A stretch of 64,000 bases of DNA from a virus. Its lineage: Duplodnaviria; Caudoviricetes. Under the pieces are notes generated by a model. That model saw only the letters and a list, made by a program, of their open reading frames with translations, was not told the origin of the DNA and made no database searches. The DNA lies in IMG/VR virus record IMGVR_UViG_3300028886_000070, positions 1 to 64,000 of that record; one strand, written 5' to 3'. Both the position numbers and the translations under genes were made by a program. Below are positions 8,208 through 17,237 of the stretch, piece by piece; position 1 is the first letter of the stretch, and every line of letters begins with the position of its first letter.

Positions 8208-10352
8208 ATGAACGAGAATACGGTCTCCCCGCAAGACTTGAAAGAGCGGGACATGCAGGCAGTGGCGATCGACTACGAATCGTTCTACTGCGACAAGGCC
8301 GGGACGAGGGACTACTCGCTTTCGCTGATGCCGACATGGAAATACTGCGCCGACCCGAGGTTCGACGCGTACCTCGTCGCCATCTGCGGATGGGAGATCA
8401 CCGACGACGGCATCTTCGAGCCGGAGTGGAAGGAAGGCGAGACCGTGTCTCGCCGGACGGCGGAAGGCTCGATCTTCCGCAAGCTCCCCGACGGGCGCCA
8501 GCTCTTCATCGGGAGGCCCGAGCGGTTCCCCGATTGGGAGAACCTGAAGAACCGGACGCTGCTGGCACAAAACGCCAGCTTCGACGAAGCCGTGACCCTC
8601 GAGCTCGTGAAGCGCGGAATCCTTCCGTCGTTCCTCCACGAGAACAAATGGGACTGCACCGCCGACCTGTCGGCGTATCTCCTCGCTCCGCGCAACCTGA
8701 AGGGCGCGTGCAAGTACCTCCTCGACAAGGAGATCAGCAAGGACGTCCGCACCGGCATGGACGGGCGTCACGACTACGAGCTTTCGCCGAGCGAGTACCG
8801 CGACCTCGTCGAGTACGGCGGAAGCGATGCGGTCGAGTGCCACGACATCTGGATCGGGTACGCGAAGGACTGGCCCGAGATGGAGCGCACGCTTTCCGAG
8901 CTGAACAGAGAGTCCACGATACACGGCGTGCGCCTCGACGTCGAGAGGGTGCGCGAGGCCGTGAAGGAGCTGAAGCGCTACCAGGCCGAGGTGATGGCCG
9001 ACATCCCGTGGGCGCCGGAGAAGTCGGCGGGCTCGCTGCCCGCCCTTCGCCAGGCCGTGACGGCGATGGGCATCGAGCCGCCGCCGACCTTCAAGAAGGA
9101 CGACCCGCGCTTCCTCGAGTGGCTCGAGTCGCACGACGACATCCCGTTCATCAAGGCGAGGCAGAAGGCCGTGTCGATCGCCGTCCACCTCGCGCGGTTG
9201 CAGACCATGCTTGACACGGTCGACCCGCAGGGCTATTCGCACCCCGTGTTCCTCTATAGCGGAAGTCACACGCTTCGCTTCAGCGGCAAGAGCGACTCGG
9301 GCAAGGGAGCCGGTAATCTTCTGAACCTTCCGCGCAAGCCGCTCTTCGAGGGCGACGAGCACGTGTTCGGCGGCAAGGGCGTGGACGTGCGCGGCATGTA
9401 CATCGCCGACCCCGGCAAGACGTTCGTCATCGCGGACTGGAGCCAGGTCGAGCCGCGCATCACCATGTGGCTCGCCGGGGACACGCACATGGTCGAGGCC
9501 ATGCAGCGCGAGGGCAACCTCTACCAGGCGAACGCCGTGGAGATGGGCTGGTGCGAGTCGCAGTGCGGGCTGAAGCACGGCAACCCCGACCTCTACAAGA
9601 TGGCGAAGGCCGTCTCGATCGGCGCGACGTACGGGCTCGGTGCGGTGAAGTTCGTCGACTACTGCAAGGGCATGGGCTTCGAGCTCCCGTCGATGCCGAT
9701 GGAGGAGTGGCCGGAGATCGACCGCCGCAAGCAGTTCATCCTCCGCAACGTGGCGAGGCTGAAGGGCGACCTGTACGCCGGGCGCAACGTGAAGAAGGTC
9801 GGACAGGTGCTCAAGGCGCTCCAGGTCGTCGACGACTGGCGCAGGGCCAACTCGAAGATCGTCGCCATGTGGCGCCGGTTCGAGGACGAGTTCAAGCGGC
9901 GCGTCGCGGCGGGCAAGACCACCGTGGCGTACAGGATGCCGAACGGCTACGTGAAGCGGTACTTCAACCCGTGCCTCCGCAAGGAGCCGACCATCGAGGT
10001 CGACGAGAACGGCAAGGAGCATCCGTCGTTCCGCATCGCCATGAGCGCGGAGATGCGCAGGGGCGACCCGCCCCGCTTCCTAACGGGCGGGGCCATCACG
10101 GAGAACATTGTCCAGGGGTTCGGACGCCAGCTGCTCGGCAACGTCATCGTCGAGATGCACGAGAAGCACCCGCAGTGGCGGTACGTGTTCTCCGTGTACG
10201 ACGAGGTCGTGCTCGAGTGCCCGAAGGAGGACGCCGAGGACTGCCTCGCCGAGTTGAGCCACGTCATGTGCCACGGCGACAGGATAGCGCCGTTCACCGA
10301 GGGCCTCCCGCTCGAGGTCGAGGGCACGATCTCCGACAGGTATCTGAAGTGA
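8208..10352 (+). CDS. polA: family A DNA polymerase with 3'-5' exonuclease
   Basis: AAGGAGG RBS; ExoI IDYES, ExoII NASFD, ExoIII YGGSD; motif A DWSQVEPR, motif B KAVSIGATYG, ENIVQ, motif C VYDE. Confidence 0.93.
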   Translation: MNENTVSPQDLKERDMQAVAIDYESFYCDKAGTRDYSLSLMPTWKYCADPRFDAYLVAICGWEITDDGIFEPEWKEGETVSRRTAEGSIFRKLPDGRQLFIGRPERFPDWENLKNRTLLAQNASFDEAVTLELVKRGILPSFLHENKWDCTADLSAYLLAPRNLKGACKYLLDKEISKDVRTGMDGRHDYELSPSEYRDLVEYGGSDAVECHDIWIGYAKDWPEMERTLSELNRESTIHGVRLDVERVREAVKELKRYQAEVMADIPWAPEKSAGSLPALRQAVTAMGIEPPPTFKKDDPRFLEWLESHDDIPFIKARQKAVSIAVHLARLQTMLDTVDPQGYSHPVFLYSGSHTLRFSGKSDSGKGAGNLLNLPRKPLFEGDEHVFGGKGVDVRGMYIADPGKTFVIADWSQVEPRITMWLAGDTHMVEAMQREGNLYQANAVEMGWCESQCGLKHGNPDLYKMAKAVSIGATYGLGAVKFVDYCKGMGFELPSMPMEEWPEIDRRKQFILRNVARLKGDLYAGRNVKKVGQVLKALQVVDDWRRANSKIVAMWRRFEDEFKRRVAAGKTTVAYRMPNGYVKRYFNPCLRKEPTIEVDENGKEHPSFRIAMSAEMRRGDPPRFLTGGAITENIVQGFGRQLLGNVIVEMHEKHPQWRYVFSVYDEVVLECPKEDAEDCLAELSHVMCHGDRIAPFTEGLPLEVEGTISDRYLK

Positions 10353-10361
10353 GGCGCAACC

Positions 10362-11000
10362 ATGACTCTGCATTTCACCTATGAAGGGGACTCTGCCGAG
10401 GTCGAAGGGCGCGTGTTCCGGTTCTCGAAGGAATTGGGCAGGCGTGTAGGCGCATCGGCGGACGGAATGTTGCTCCTGCCGAGGCGCGGTGTCGGCTGTG
10501 GCAACCCTCGTGGACCGTCGGGCTACTATGGTGTCACCGTCGGGCACCATTCGGTGTACATCCATCGTATCGTGTACGAGCTGTTCGTCGAACGCGTACC
10601 GGACAAGATGGAGATCGACCACATCAACACCGATATTCACGACAACCGGGTCGAGAACCTGCGCGTCGTCACCAAGTCGGGGAACATGCGCAACCCCATA
10701 ACGCGCAAGAGGAATCTCGAGCAGCTCGGCTCCGTGCGCCATCGCGCCTTCCAGGCGAGGCGGCGCGGGGTCTGCGTCGAGTGGAAGACGAACAGCGGCT
10801 CCACGACGAACTACAAGTTCTTCGAGTCCGTCACCGCCGCGTCCGAGTTCACCGGCGTGTGCCGCACGGACATCGCGAGGGTGTGCAGCGGGCGGCGGCA
10901 GACAGGCAAGGGGTTCAAGTTCGCATATTACGAGCCGCCGATCTGGGCCAAGTTCGGATCGTTGCAGCTGACTGTAAAGGAGGCCACCGATGCCAGGTGA
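10362..11000 (+). CDS. free-standing HNH homing endonuclease with NUMOD1-like C-terminal domain
   Basis: HRIVYELF...IDHINTDIHDNRVENLR...N; FESVTAAS...IARVCSGRRQTGKGFKF. Confidence 0.88.
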   Translation: MTLHFTYEGDSAEVEGRVFRFSKELGRRVGASADGMLLLPRRGVGCGNPRGPSGYYGVTVGHHSVYIHRIVYELFVERVPDKMEIDHINTDIHDNRVENLRVVTKSGNMRNPITRKRNLEQLGSVRHRAFQARRRGVCVEWKTNSGSTTNYKFFESVTAASEFTGVCRTDIARVCSGRRQTGKGFKFAYYEPPIWAKFGSLQLTVKEATDAR

Positions 11001-11241
11001 GAGAATAGGCATGAACCTCCCCCTCGTCGTCAAGCCGGACGGCAGGCGGAAGGACCCGCGGATCGTGAGCCCCGTGACGTTGGGCGGAGTTATCGCCACG
11101 GCGTCGTTCGGAAGCCCGAACGTCATGCGGACGCCGCTGTGGATCGAGCTGACCGACGGGGAGCGGACGATCCACGCGCAGGTATCGAGCGTCTGGAACG
11201 AGGACGGCAGGATCCTTGTCAGGGCGGAGGTGGAGCCGTGA
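10990..11241 (+). CDS. hypothetical protein (alternative start 11011)
   Basis: AAGGAGG RBS; GTGA overlap with the primase. Confidence 0.55.
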   Translation: MPGERIGMNLPLVVKPDGRRKDPRIVSPVTLGGVIATASFGSPNVMRTPLWIELTDGERTIHAQVSSVWNEDGRILVRAEVEP

Positions 11242-13583
11242 AGTTCTTCTGCCTGCCCAATCTCGCCACGGACCACGTGTCCGTGAGCGAGGAGCCGTGG
11301 AAGGAGTTCCCGGTTCCCGAGGAGATACTCGCCCTCCCGAAGGAGGAGTACAAGAAGCGCTGGTTCTCGCCGGACACGAAGCACTGCCTCGTCTCGCTGT
11401 GCGAGGGCCAGAACCCGGCGTACACCGTCTCGCAGGGCAACCAGTGCGCGATGATACACGGGTTCCTCGCCGACTACGACGGCGTGTTCACGCCGGACGT
11501 GATCGACGCCGTGAGGAAGAAGTCGCCGTCCCGGTTCAAGCCGAGGTGGTGGAGCGTCTCGCAGTCGGGCGGCCTGCACCTCGTGTGGACGCTCGACCGC
11601 CCGATCGCCGTCGCCGGGAACGCGCACGCCTCCGAGCTCCTGCACGTCATCGCGACGAAGCTCAAGGCCGTGCGCTGGGGCGTCGGGTACGACCCCGATT
11701 CCGAGAAGCCGACGCAGGTCATGGACATCGGCCGCGAGTGGCACGAGTTCGACCCGGTCGGCCACATCCCGACCGAGGAGGTCATCTCGTGGGACGCCGC
11801 CCTCTTCGAGACCAAGTCGAAGAAGATGGTGGACGAGGTCGTGGACATTCCCTTCGACGTCGTGGTCGAGGAGATTCGCAAGCGCGAGTGGCCCCTCCCT
11901 CCGCCGGAGCGCATCGAGATAGGCACGCGCTGCGTTCGCTTCTGGGACGCGAGCGCCGACAACCACAGTGGCGCGCAGTTCACGAAGGACGGGCTCCGCG
12001 TGTACACGCCGCACGACGGAGGCTGGGTGAGCTGGAAGCGGCTCCTCGGCTCCGAGTTCTGCGAGCAGTACACGGCGAAGTCGATGGCCCCGTTCTTCGA
12101 GGACACCTGGTACTGCCACACGAAGGACGAGTTCTGGCGCTTCTTCAGGAACGACACGCCCGTCCACTTCGAGAAGCGCACCGAGAAGGTGCTGCGGCGC
12201 GACCTCATCATGGAGGCCAAGCTCGCCACGAAGCCCGGGAAGGGCGAGGACATGTCGGAGCTCGACCGGGCCCTCTACATGATAACGAGGCGGAACGTCG
12301 TCGACGTCGTCGCCCCGGTCATCTACCGCCCGGCCGGCAAGATACGGGTGAGCGGCGTCGGCTCCGTCCTCAACACGTCGCTCATCACGGTCGTCAAGCC
12401 CGCGCCCCGGCTCGCGTTCGTCACGCCCGAGGACATCGAGAAGACGAGCTGCCCCGAGCGCTTCAAGAAGGACCCGTCGATCTGCGAGTGGGACAACCCG
12501 TTCGCCGTCTCCGGGTTCCCGCACATCCACCACTACATGACGGCCATGTTCATGCGCGGCCAGGAGAGGTTCGACCAGTGGGCGGCCGAGGGCTTCCCGC
12601 TCCACCGTCCGAGCGACGGCCAGCCGTTCGAGCACCTCAAGGATCCGCAGCTCGTCCACCTCATCTCGTGGCTCTCGCACTTCTACTGGAACGCGGCGAA
12701 GATGTCCGAGGTTCCCTCCCCGGGCACGGTTCTCATCCTTGCCGGGCCGACCGGGATAGGCAAGTCGTTCTTCGCGACCGAGCTCCTCGGGCGGCTCATG
12801 GGCGGATGGGACTACGCCGACAAGATGTACCTCGAAGGGTCGAGGTTCAACTCCGAGACGGTGAAGAAGCCCGTCCACGTGATCGACGACAAGCTGGGAA
12901 GCAAGACGCACCGCGACCGCCTGAAGTTCACCGAGGCGCTCAAGGTCGTCGCGGCGAACGGACGCGTCCGGTGCGAGGCGAAGTTCGGCTCGGCGGTCGA
13001 GGGACTGCCGTGGCCTGGACGCGTCGTCATTCTTTCCAACGTCGACTCGCAGTCGCTCTCGGTGCTGCCCGACCTCGACATGTCGACGCGGGACAAGTTC
13101 ACGATGCTGCGGCTCGGCGGGGCGAAGTATTCCTTCGGCACCACGGACGAGAACCAGGCGTGGCTCTCCGAGGAGCTCCCGGCGTTCGCGCGGTTCCTGC
13201 TCGGGTGGAAGATACCCGCCGAGATCCGAGACGAGCGCTTCGGCGTCAAGGCCGTGCAGCACTCCGACATGGCGCAGGCGTCCGCCGAGAACGGTCTCAC
13301 GCAGATTCTCGTCGACGTCCTCGATGCGTGCATCGAGGAGACGACCGGCGCGAAGGACGACAAGGACAGGGGCGACGCCGAGGGCTTCGTCGTCGAGGGT
13401 CCGGCCGTCAAGATATTCAAGTGGATCAAGGAAGTCGACGACTCCCTCGCGAGGGAAGTGGTCGACTCCAGGACCCTGCACCAGAACCTGCTGACGCTCC
13501 ACAAGAGCGGGGGCTACAACATCAGGTACGACGAGGCGAAGCACCGCTGGTCGATACCGTACGTATTGAGGAGGCAGAAGTGA
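11238..13583 (+). CDS. primase-helicase (AEP-like primase plus P-loop NTPase, DUF5906/SF3-like)
   Basis: GTG start with GGAGG; ADYD, SQSGGLHLVW, YD primase motifs; Walker A GPTGIGKS, Walker B VIDD, ILSN sensor. Confidence 0.85.
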   Translation: MKFFCLPNLATDHVSVSEEPWKEFPVPEEILALPKEEYKKRWFSPDTKHCLVSLCEGQNPAYTVSQGNQCAMIHGFLADYDGVFTPDVIDAVRKKSPSRFKPRWWSVSQSGGLHLVWTLDRPIAVAGNAHASELLHVIATKLKAVRWGVGYDPDSEKPTQVMDIGREWHEFDPVGHIPTEEVISWDAALFETKSKKMVDEVVDIPFDVVVEEIRKREWPLPPPERIEIGTRCVRFWDASADNHSGAQFTKDGLRVYTPHDGGWVSWKRLLGSEFCEQYTAKSMAPFFEDTWYCHTKDEFWRFFRNDTPVHFEKRTEKVLRRDLIMEAKLATKPGKGEDMSELDRALYMITRRNVVDVVAPVIYRPAGKIRVSGVGSVLNTSLITVVKPAPRLAFVTPEDIEKTSCPERFKKDPSICEWDNPFAVSGFPHIHHYMTAMFMRGQERFDQWAAEGFPLHRPSDGQPFEHLKDPQLVHLISWLSHFYWNAAKMSEVPSPGTVLILAGPTGIGKSFFATELLGRLMGGWDYADKMYLEGSRFNSETVKKPVHVIDDKLGSKTHRDRLKFTEALKVVAANGRVRCEAKFGSAVEGLPWPGRVVILSNVDSQSLSVLPDLDMSTRDKFTMLRLGGAKYSFGTTDENQAWLSEELPAFARFLLGWKIPAEIRDERFGVKAVQHSDMAQASAENGLTQILVDVLDACIEETTGAKDDKDRGDAEGFVVEGPAVKIFKWIKEVDDSLAREVVDSRTLHQNLLTLHKSGGYNIRYDEAKHRWSIPYVLRRQK

Positions 13584-13673
13584 TGCCGCCACCCTTCGAG
13601 AACTTCTGCGACTACGCAGTTCGCGCCTTCGGAGCGGAGGCGAAAAAATCTTCCGAAAAGCCCACTTCGGCAC

Positions 13674-13706
13674 TTGACGCCGAGGTCGGGGATATGATAC
13701 AATACG
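13674..13706 (+). promoter_or_regulatory. sigma70-like promoter, class I
   Basis: TTGACG-CCGAGGTCGGGGATATGA-TACAAT-ACG. Confidence 0.75.
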
Positions 13707-13716
13707 GGGCAAAGGC

Positions 13717-14187
13717 ATGAATAGCGAGTTCGACAACGCATACCTGGGCTTCGATCCTGGGCGCGACGGTGCGATGGCAATCATCGGGCCGCACCTCATT
13801 CCGTCTGCACATGCCTTCGACAAGCATGTGTACGTCGAGAAGCTGGCCGACCTCAAGAAGCAGTTCAACCTGTTCGCCGTCGTCGAGCACGTCGGCGCGA
13901 TGCCCGGCCAGGGCGTGACGAGCTGCTTCTCGTTCGGCGAGTCGTTCGGATGGTTGCAGGGCGTCCTCGACGCGATGCAGATTCCGTACGAGCTTGCCCG
14001 TCCGCAGAAGTGGAAGAAGGTGTTCAGCTGCACGTCAGACAAGAACACCTCGATCGCCGTCGCCGAGCGGCTGTTCCCGGAGGTCGATCTCCGCCGGACG
14101 CCGCTCTGCCGCAAGCCGCACGACGGCAAAGCCGAAGCTCTTTTGATCGCGGAGTTCGCCAGGAGGATTCGTAATGGACAACCCTAA
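13717..14187 (+). CDS. ruvC: RuvC-like Holliday junction resolvase
   Basis: LGFDPG, VVEHV..MPGQGV.S.FSFG, PQKWKK, HDGKAEALLIA. Confidence 0.88.
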   Translation: MNSEFDNAYLGFDPGRDGAMAIIGPHLIPSAHAFDKHVYVEKLADLKKQFNLFAVVEHVGAMPGQGVTSCFSFGESFGWLQGVLDAMQIPYELARPQKWKKVFSCTSDKNTSIAVAERLFPEVDLRRTPLCRKPHDGKAEALLIAEFARRIRNGQP

Positions 14188-14863
14188 CGAGTCCATCCTC
14201 CTCACGGATCACGGCACCCCGATCGGCGAGGTCGTCGTCGCGGACAACTCGTCCGTGCCGCCCGCCCCGACCGAGGCTTCCGTCTCGGAGAACAGGGAGG
14301 CGCTCCTCAAGTCGACGGCGGCGGAGCTCACGGGAGACCCGGACGGCGACAAGGCCGTCGCGGAGCTCTACCCGTCCTACGCCGACGCGGAGAAGCGCAA
14401 GAGCGCGATGGTCGCGTACGTGACGAAGGGCCTCGCCATAAAGGACGTGGCCGCGCTGGTCGGCGTCCCCGAGCGCACCGTCTCCATCTGGGCGTACAAC
14501 TTCGGCTGGGATCGGCTCCTCAAGCAGGAGCTCGCCGCCCGGCAGACGCAGAGCGTCATGGAGCTCGCCAAGGTCCGGGCCGAGAGGCGGACGCAGATCG
14601 TCGAGGAGCAGCTCGAGCAGGCGAAGCAGCTGCGCGACAAGGCGATCGAGAAGCTGCACAGCGGCGAGACGAGCGTCAAGCCCGCGGCCGAGGCGTGGGC
14701 CGCCGCGGCCAAGGTCGAGCACACGCTCGCGGGTCTCTCCGAGGCGGGCACCGTCGCCAACCTCGAAGGTGAGGACCCGGAGAAAAAGAAGGCGGAGGGC
14801 AAGCAGCCCCTGGTCGCCGTGATAGTCGGCGGAGGACTTCCGCCCATAAGGAGGCATGAATGA
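14174..14863 (+). CDS. HTH protein, putative terminase small subunit
   Basis: GLAIKDVAALVGVPERTVSIWAYNFGWD HTH followed by a coiled coil. Confidence 0.55.
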   Translation: MDNPNESILLTDHGTPIGEVVVADNSSVPPAPTEASVSENREALLKSTAAELTGDPDGDKAVAELYPSYADAEKRKSAMVAYVTKGLAIKDVAALVGVPERTVSIWAYNFGWDRLLKQELAARQTQSVMELAKVRAERRTQIVEEQLEQAKQLRDKAIEKLHSGETSVKPAAEAWAAAAKVEHTLAGLSEAGTVANLEGEDPEKKKAEGKQPLVAVIVGGGLPPIRRHE

Positions 14864-15153
14864 GCAACCGTGACCCCCAGCAGGCCGGGATAACGAAGTA
14901 CTGGCGCGTCGGCTACGACGACCGGTGCGTCCTCCGGCAGGTCACGAGGCAGACGAAGGAGCGCGTCGACCTCCTTCTGGACGGCCTGTGGACCGTGATA
15001 AGCACGCGCCGCCGCACGAAGCTCGTGGGGTTCGGCGTGTTCGAGTGGAAGCCCTACCGCCGGCGCCTGCCGACCGGGGCGATGATAGAGACTTGGCGGC
15101 TCGCGTTCAAGCCGGGCCGCTATCTCGAGAAGTACAACGGAGGTGCGAAATGA
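14860..15153 (+). CDS. HU/IHF-like DNA-binding protein
   Basis: KLVGFGVFE...PTG...LAFKPGRYL. Confidence 0.7.
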   Translation: MSNRDPQQAGITKYWRVGYDDRCVLRQVTRQTKERVDLLLDGLWTVISTRRRTKLVGFGVFEWKPYRRRLPTGAMIETWRLAFKPGRYLEKYNGGAK

Positions 15154-15380
15154 TGAAGGTCGTGGCGTGGGCCGTCGGGATCGACGTGCTGGCGCAGGTC
15201 GTGCTCGTCGTGGCGAAGCTCACGGGGCACATAGCGTGGGGATGGGCACTGGCGCTCATACCGGCCGAGGCGCTCGTGGTAGTGGTCCTCGTGTGCGTCG
15301 TCCTCGTCCTGTGGGTGGCGGCGAGCTGGGGTAGGTCTTTTGACATCGAGGACAGCGACGGCTGCGGGAGGAGCGAGTGA
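15150..15380 (+). CDS. small two-TM membrane protein
   Basis: VVLVVAKLTGHIAWGWALALIP pattern, hydrophobic. Confidence 0.65.
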   Translation: MMKVVAWAVGIDVLAQVVLVVAKLTGHIAWGWALALIPAEALVVVVLVCVVLVLWVAASWGRSFDIEDSDGCGRSE

Positions 15381-16030
15381 TGCTGGAGGTCCACGACGAG
15401 CTGATGACGCCGGGGTGCCCGCAGTGCGCGGTGAAGCACCTGTCGGCCGCCCTGTTCCACAGGGCGCACCTCGTGGGCGGAGGCGAAGACTTGCGCCCCG
15501 ACCCATACATGGTCGACGTGTGCGTCGCCTACATAAACCTCGTCGAGGTGAGGGCGGGCTACCGTTCGCACCTCTGGTACGCCGTCGGCGCGCTCGTCCG
15601 GGCGGAGGAGAGATTTGCGCCGAGGATCGGCGGGTGCGTGGCGCGCGAGGCGAGGCTCATGCTCGAGGAGTACGGCGAGGGGGCAGTCGTCGACGCGCTC
15701 AACTGCATCGAGGCGGGGGCCGCGCCCGGACACGAGGACTGGGCCATGGCCCACTATTCCGAGGCGATGCGCGAGCTCCCGGCCATGCAGGCCGCGATGA
15801 GGATGGACGACCTGATCGGGTCCATCGAGTGCATACGCGAGGAGTATTTCATTACGGATCAAGAGGTCGCCGTCGCCACCTCCACAGAAGGCGCGGGGGA
15901 AGGAGGTGAAGAGGCGATGGCGACGAAGAAGGCAGCGAAGGCCAAGGTCGACCCGAAGGCCGCGCAGGCGGCGTGCAAGGGCGGCAAGGCCAAGAAGGCC
16001 GCGTGCAAGGGCGGCAAGTGCAAGAAGTAA
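15377..16030 (+). CDS. hypothetical protein with CxxCxxKH N-terminus and Lys-rich C-terminus
   Basis: CPQCAVKHL; tail MATKKAAKAK...CKGGKCKK. Confidence 0.65.
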   Translation: MMLEVHDELMTPGCPQCAVKHLSAALFHRAHLVGGGEDLRPDPYMVDVCVAYINLVEVRAGYRSHLWYAVGALVRAEERFAPRIGGCVAREARLMLEEYGEGAVVDALNCIEAGAAPGHEDWAMAHYSEAMRELPAMQAAMRMDDLIGSIECIREEYFITDQEVAVATSTEGAGEGGEEAMATKKAAKAKVDPKAAQAACKGGKAKKAACKGGKCKK

Positions 16031-16117
16031 TGCTTCTGCAAACGTGGCGTCCGGGCGGGGTTCCTACTCTGCCCGCCCGGACGTCTTCACCAGAGTAGGA
16101 AACCAAGGAGAGTGACA

Positions 16118-16540
16118 ATGAGCAAGAAGAGCTGCAAGTGCAAGCTGATGGTGTTCGGGGAGCCGTGCTACCTCGAGCACAAGTTCGACGACGTGGACAG
16201 GGCGACCGTGTCGAGGAAGTCCGCGATGTCGAAGCTGATCATGTCGACGGTCAAGGGGCTGTCGACGAAGAAGGACAACATGTACGTGTACCGCGTCATG
16301 AAGACGACGGGCAAGTTCGACGGGAAGCCCCGGACGAGCTACGTCGCCCACGTCGCGATGGGCCTCAACGGCCCCGGGCGGCAGGAGGACTACCTCGCCG
16401 CGATGCGGAAGCTCGTCACGTGCAAGACCGTGAAGATGCGGATATTCGACGCGTGGATCGACGCGGCGGACGACCTCGTGGACGTCCTCGTCGACTGCAC
16501 CGACGCCGCGGACATGCTGAAGAAGGAGCCCGCGAAATGA
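16118..16540 (+). CDS. hypothetical protein
   Basis: AAGGAG RBS, ATG at 16118. Confidence 0.7.
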   Translation: MSKKSCKCKLMVFGEPCYLEHKFDDVDRATVSRKSAMSKLIMSTVKGLSTKKDNMYVYRVMKTTGKFDGKPRTSYVAHVAMGLNGPGRQEDYLAAMRKLVTCKTVKMRIFDAWIDAADDLVDVLVDCTDAADMLKKEPAK

Positions 16541-16917
16541 AGATGCAGGAGGTGATAGCGAAGCTGCGCGAGGAGGCGCCGCTTCTCGACAAGTGCGCGA
16601 AGGACGTCGACGAGACGTTCCAGAAGGCGTGGGGCCTCTTCGACGACTTCCGCAGGGCGGAGTCCGAGGCGGGCCAGCGCATCCTCGCGGACGCCGTGTG
16701 CGCCGCGCTCAACGAGTTCGCGGGCAAGTACCGCACGCTCCGGTGCTCGGTCGAGACGGTGTGCATGGTGAACGCGGAATACAAGGAGAAGCTCGGCCCG
16801 AGGAAGGCGAAGCCGAAGGACGACCCGAGGCAGCAGGACCTCCCGGGGTTCGAGCCCTCGCCCGCCTCACAGGCCGCCAGCGCCGGTGCCCGGATCGCCG
16901 GAGGGAGGCACGGATGA
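16537..16917 (+). CDS. hypothetical helical protein
   Basis: ATGA overlaps, AAGGAG RBS. Confidence 0.65.
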   Translation: MKMQEVIAKLREEAPLLDKCAKDVDETFQKAWGLFDDFRRAESEAGQRILADAVCAALNEFAGKYRTLRCSVETVCMVNAEYKEKLGPRKAKPKDDPRQQDLPGFEPSPASQAASAGARIAGGRHG

Positions 16918-17237
16918 CGCACGTACGCACGAAGGAGGGGCTCAAGCAGTCCCCGAGTGAGGATGTCGTGAACCGTCCCAACCACTACGCGCCCAACGGG
17001 CGCGACTCCTTCATGCACATGAAGGACCAGATGGGGAAGGAGGCGTTCGACGGGTTCCTCCAGGGGAACGTGATCAAGTACGTCCAGCGCTACCAGTTCA
17101 AGGGCAAGCCGGTCGAGGACCTGGAGAAGGCGATGTTCTACCTCTTCCACCTCTACCTCGACAACGGCGGCGCGCAGGAGCGGATCATAAAGACCGCGAA
17201 CCACGCCTGGGAGCACTTCAAGCCGGAGGAGAAGTGA
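16914..17237 (+). CDS. DUF3310-like protein (T7 gp1.7-related family)
   Basis: VNRPNHY, GFLQGNVIKYVQRY..KG..EDLEKAMFYL. Confidence 0.85.
   Translation: MTHVRTKEGLKQSPSEDVVNRPNHYAPNGRDSFMHMKDQMGKEAFDGFLQGNVIKYVQRYQFKGKPVEDLEKAMFYLFHLYLDNGGAQERIIKTANHAWEHFKPEEK

Noticed and set aside
13583-13720. 45-aa ORF between primase and resolvase
   Set aside because: Largely occupied by the class I promoter and A-tracts; no supporting motif
8205-14129. Long - strand ORFs (605 aa, 1349 aa) antisense to polA and the primase
   Set aside because: Same antisense-shadow effect
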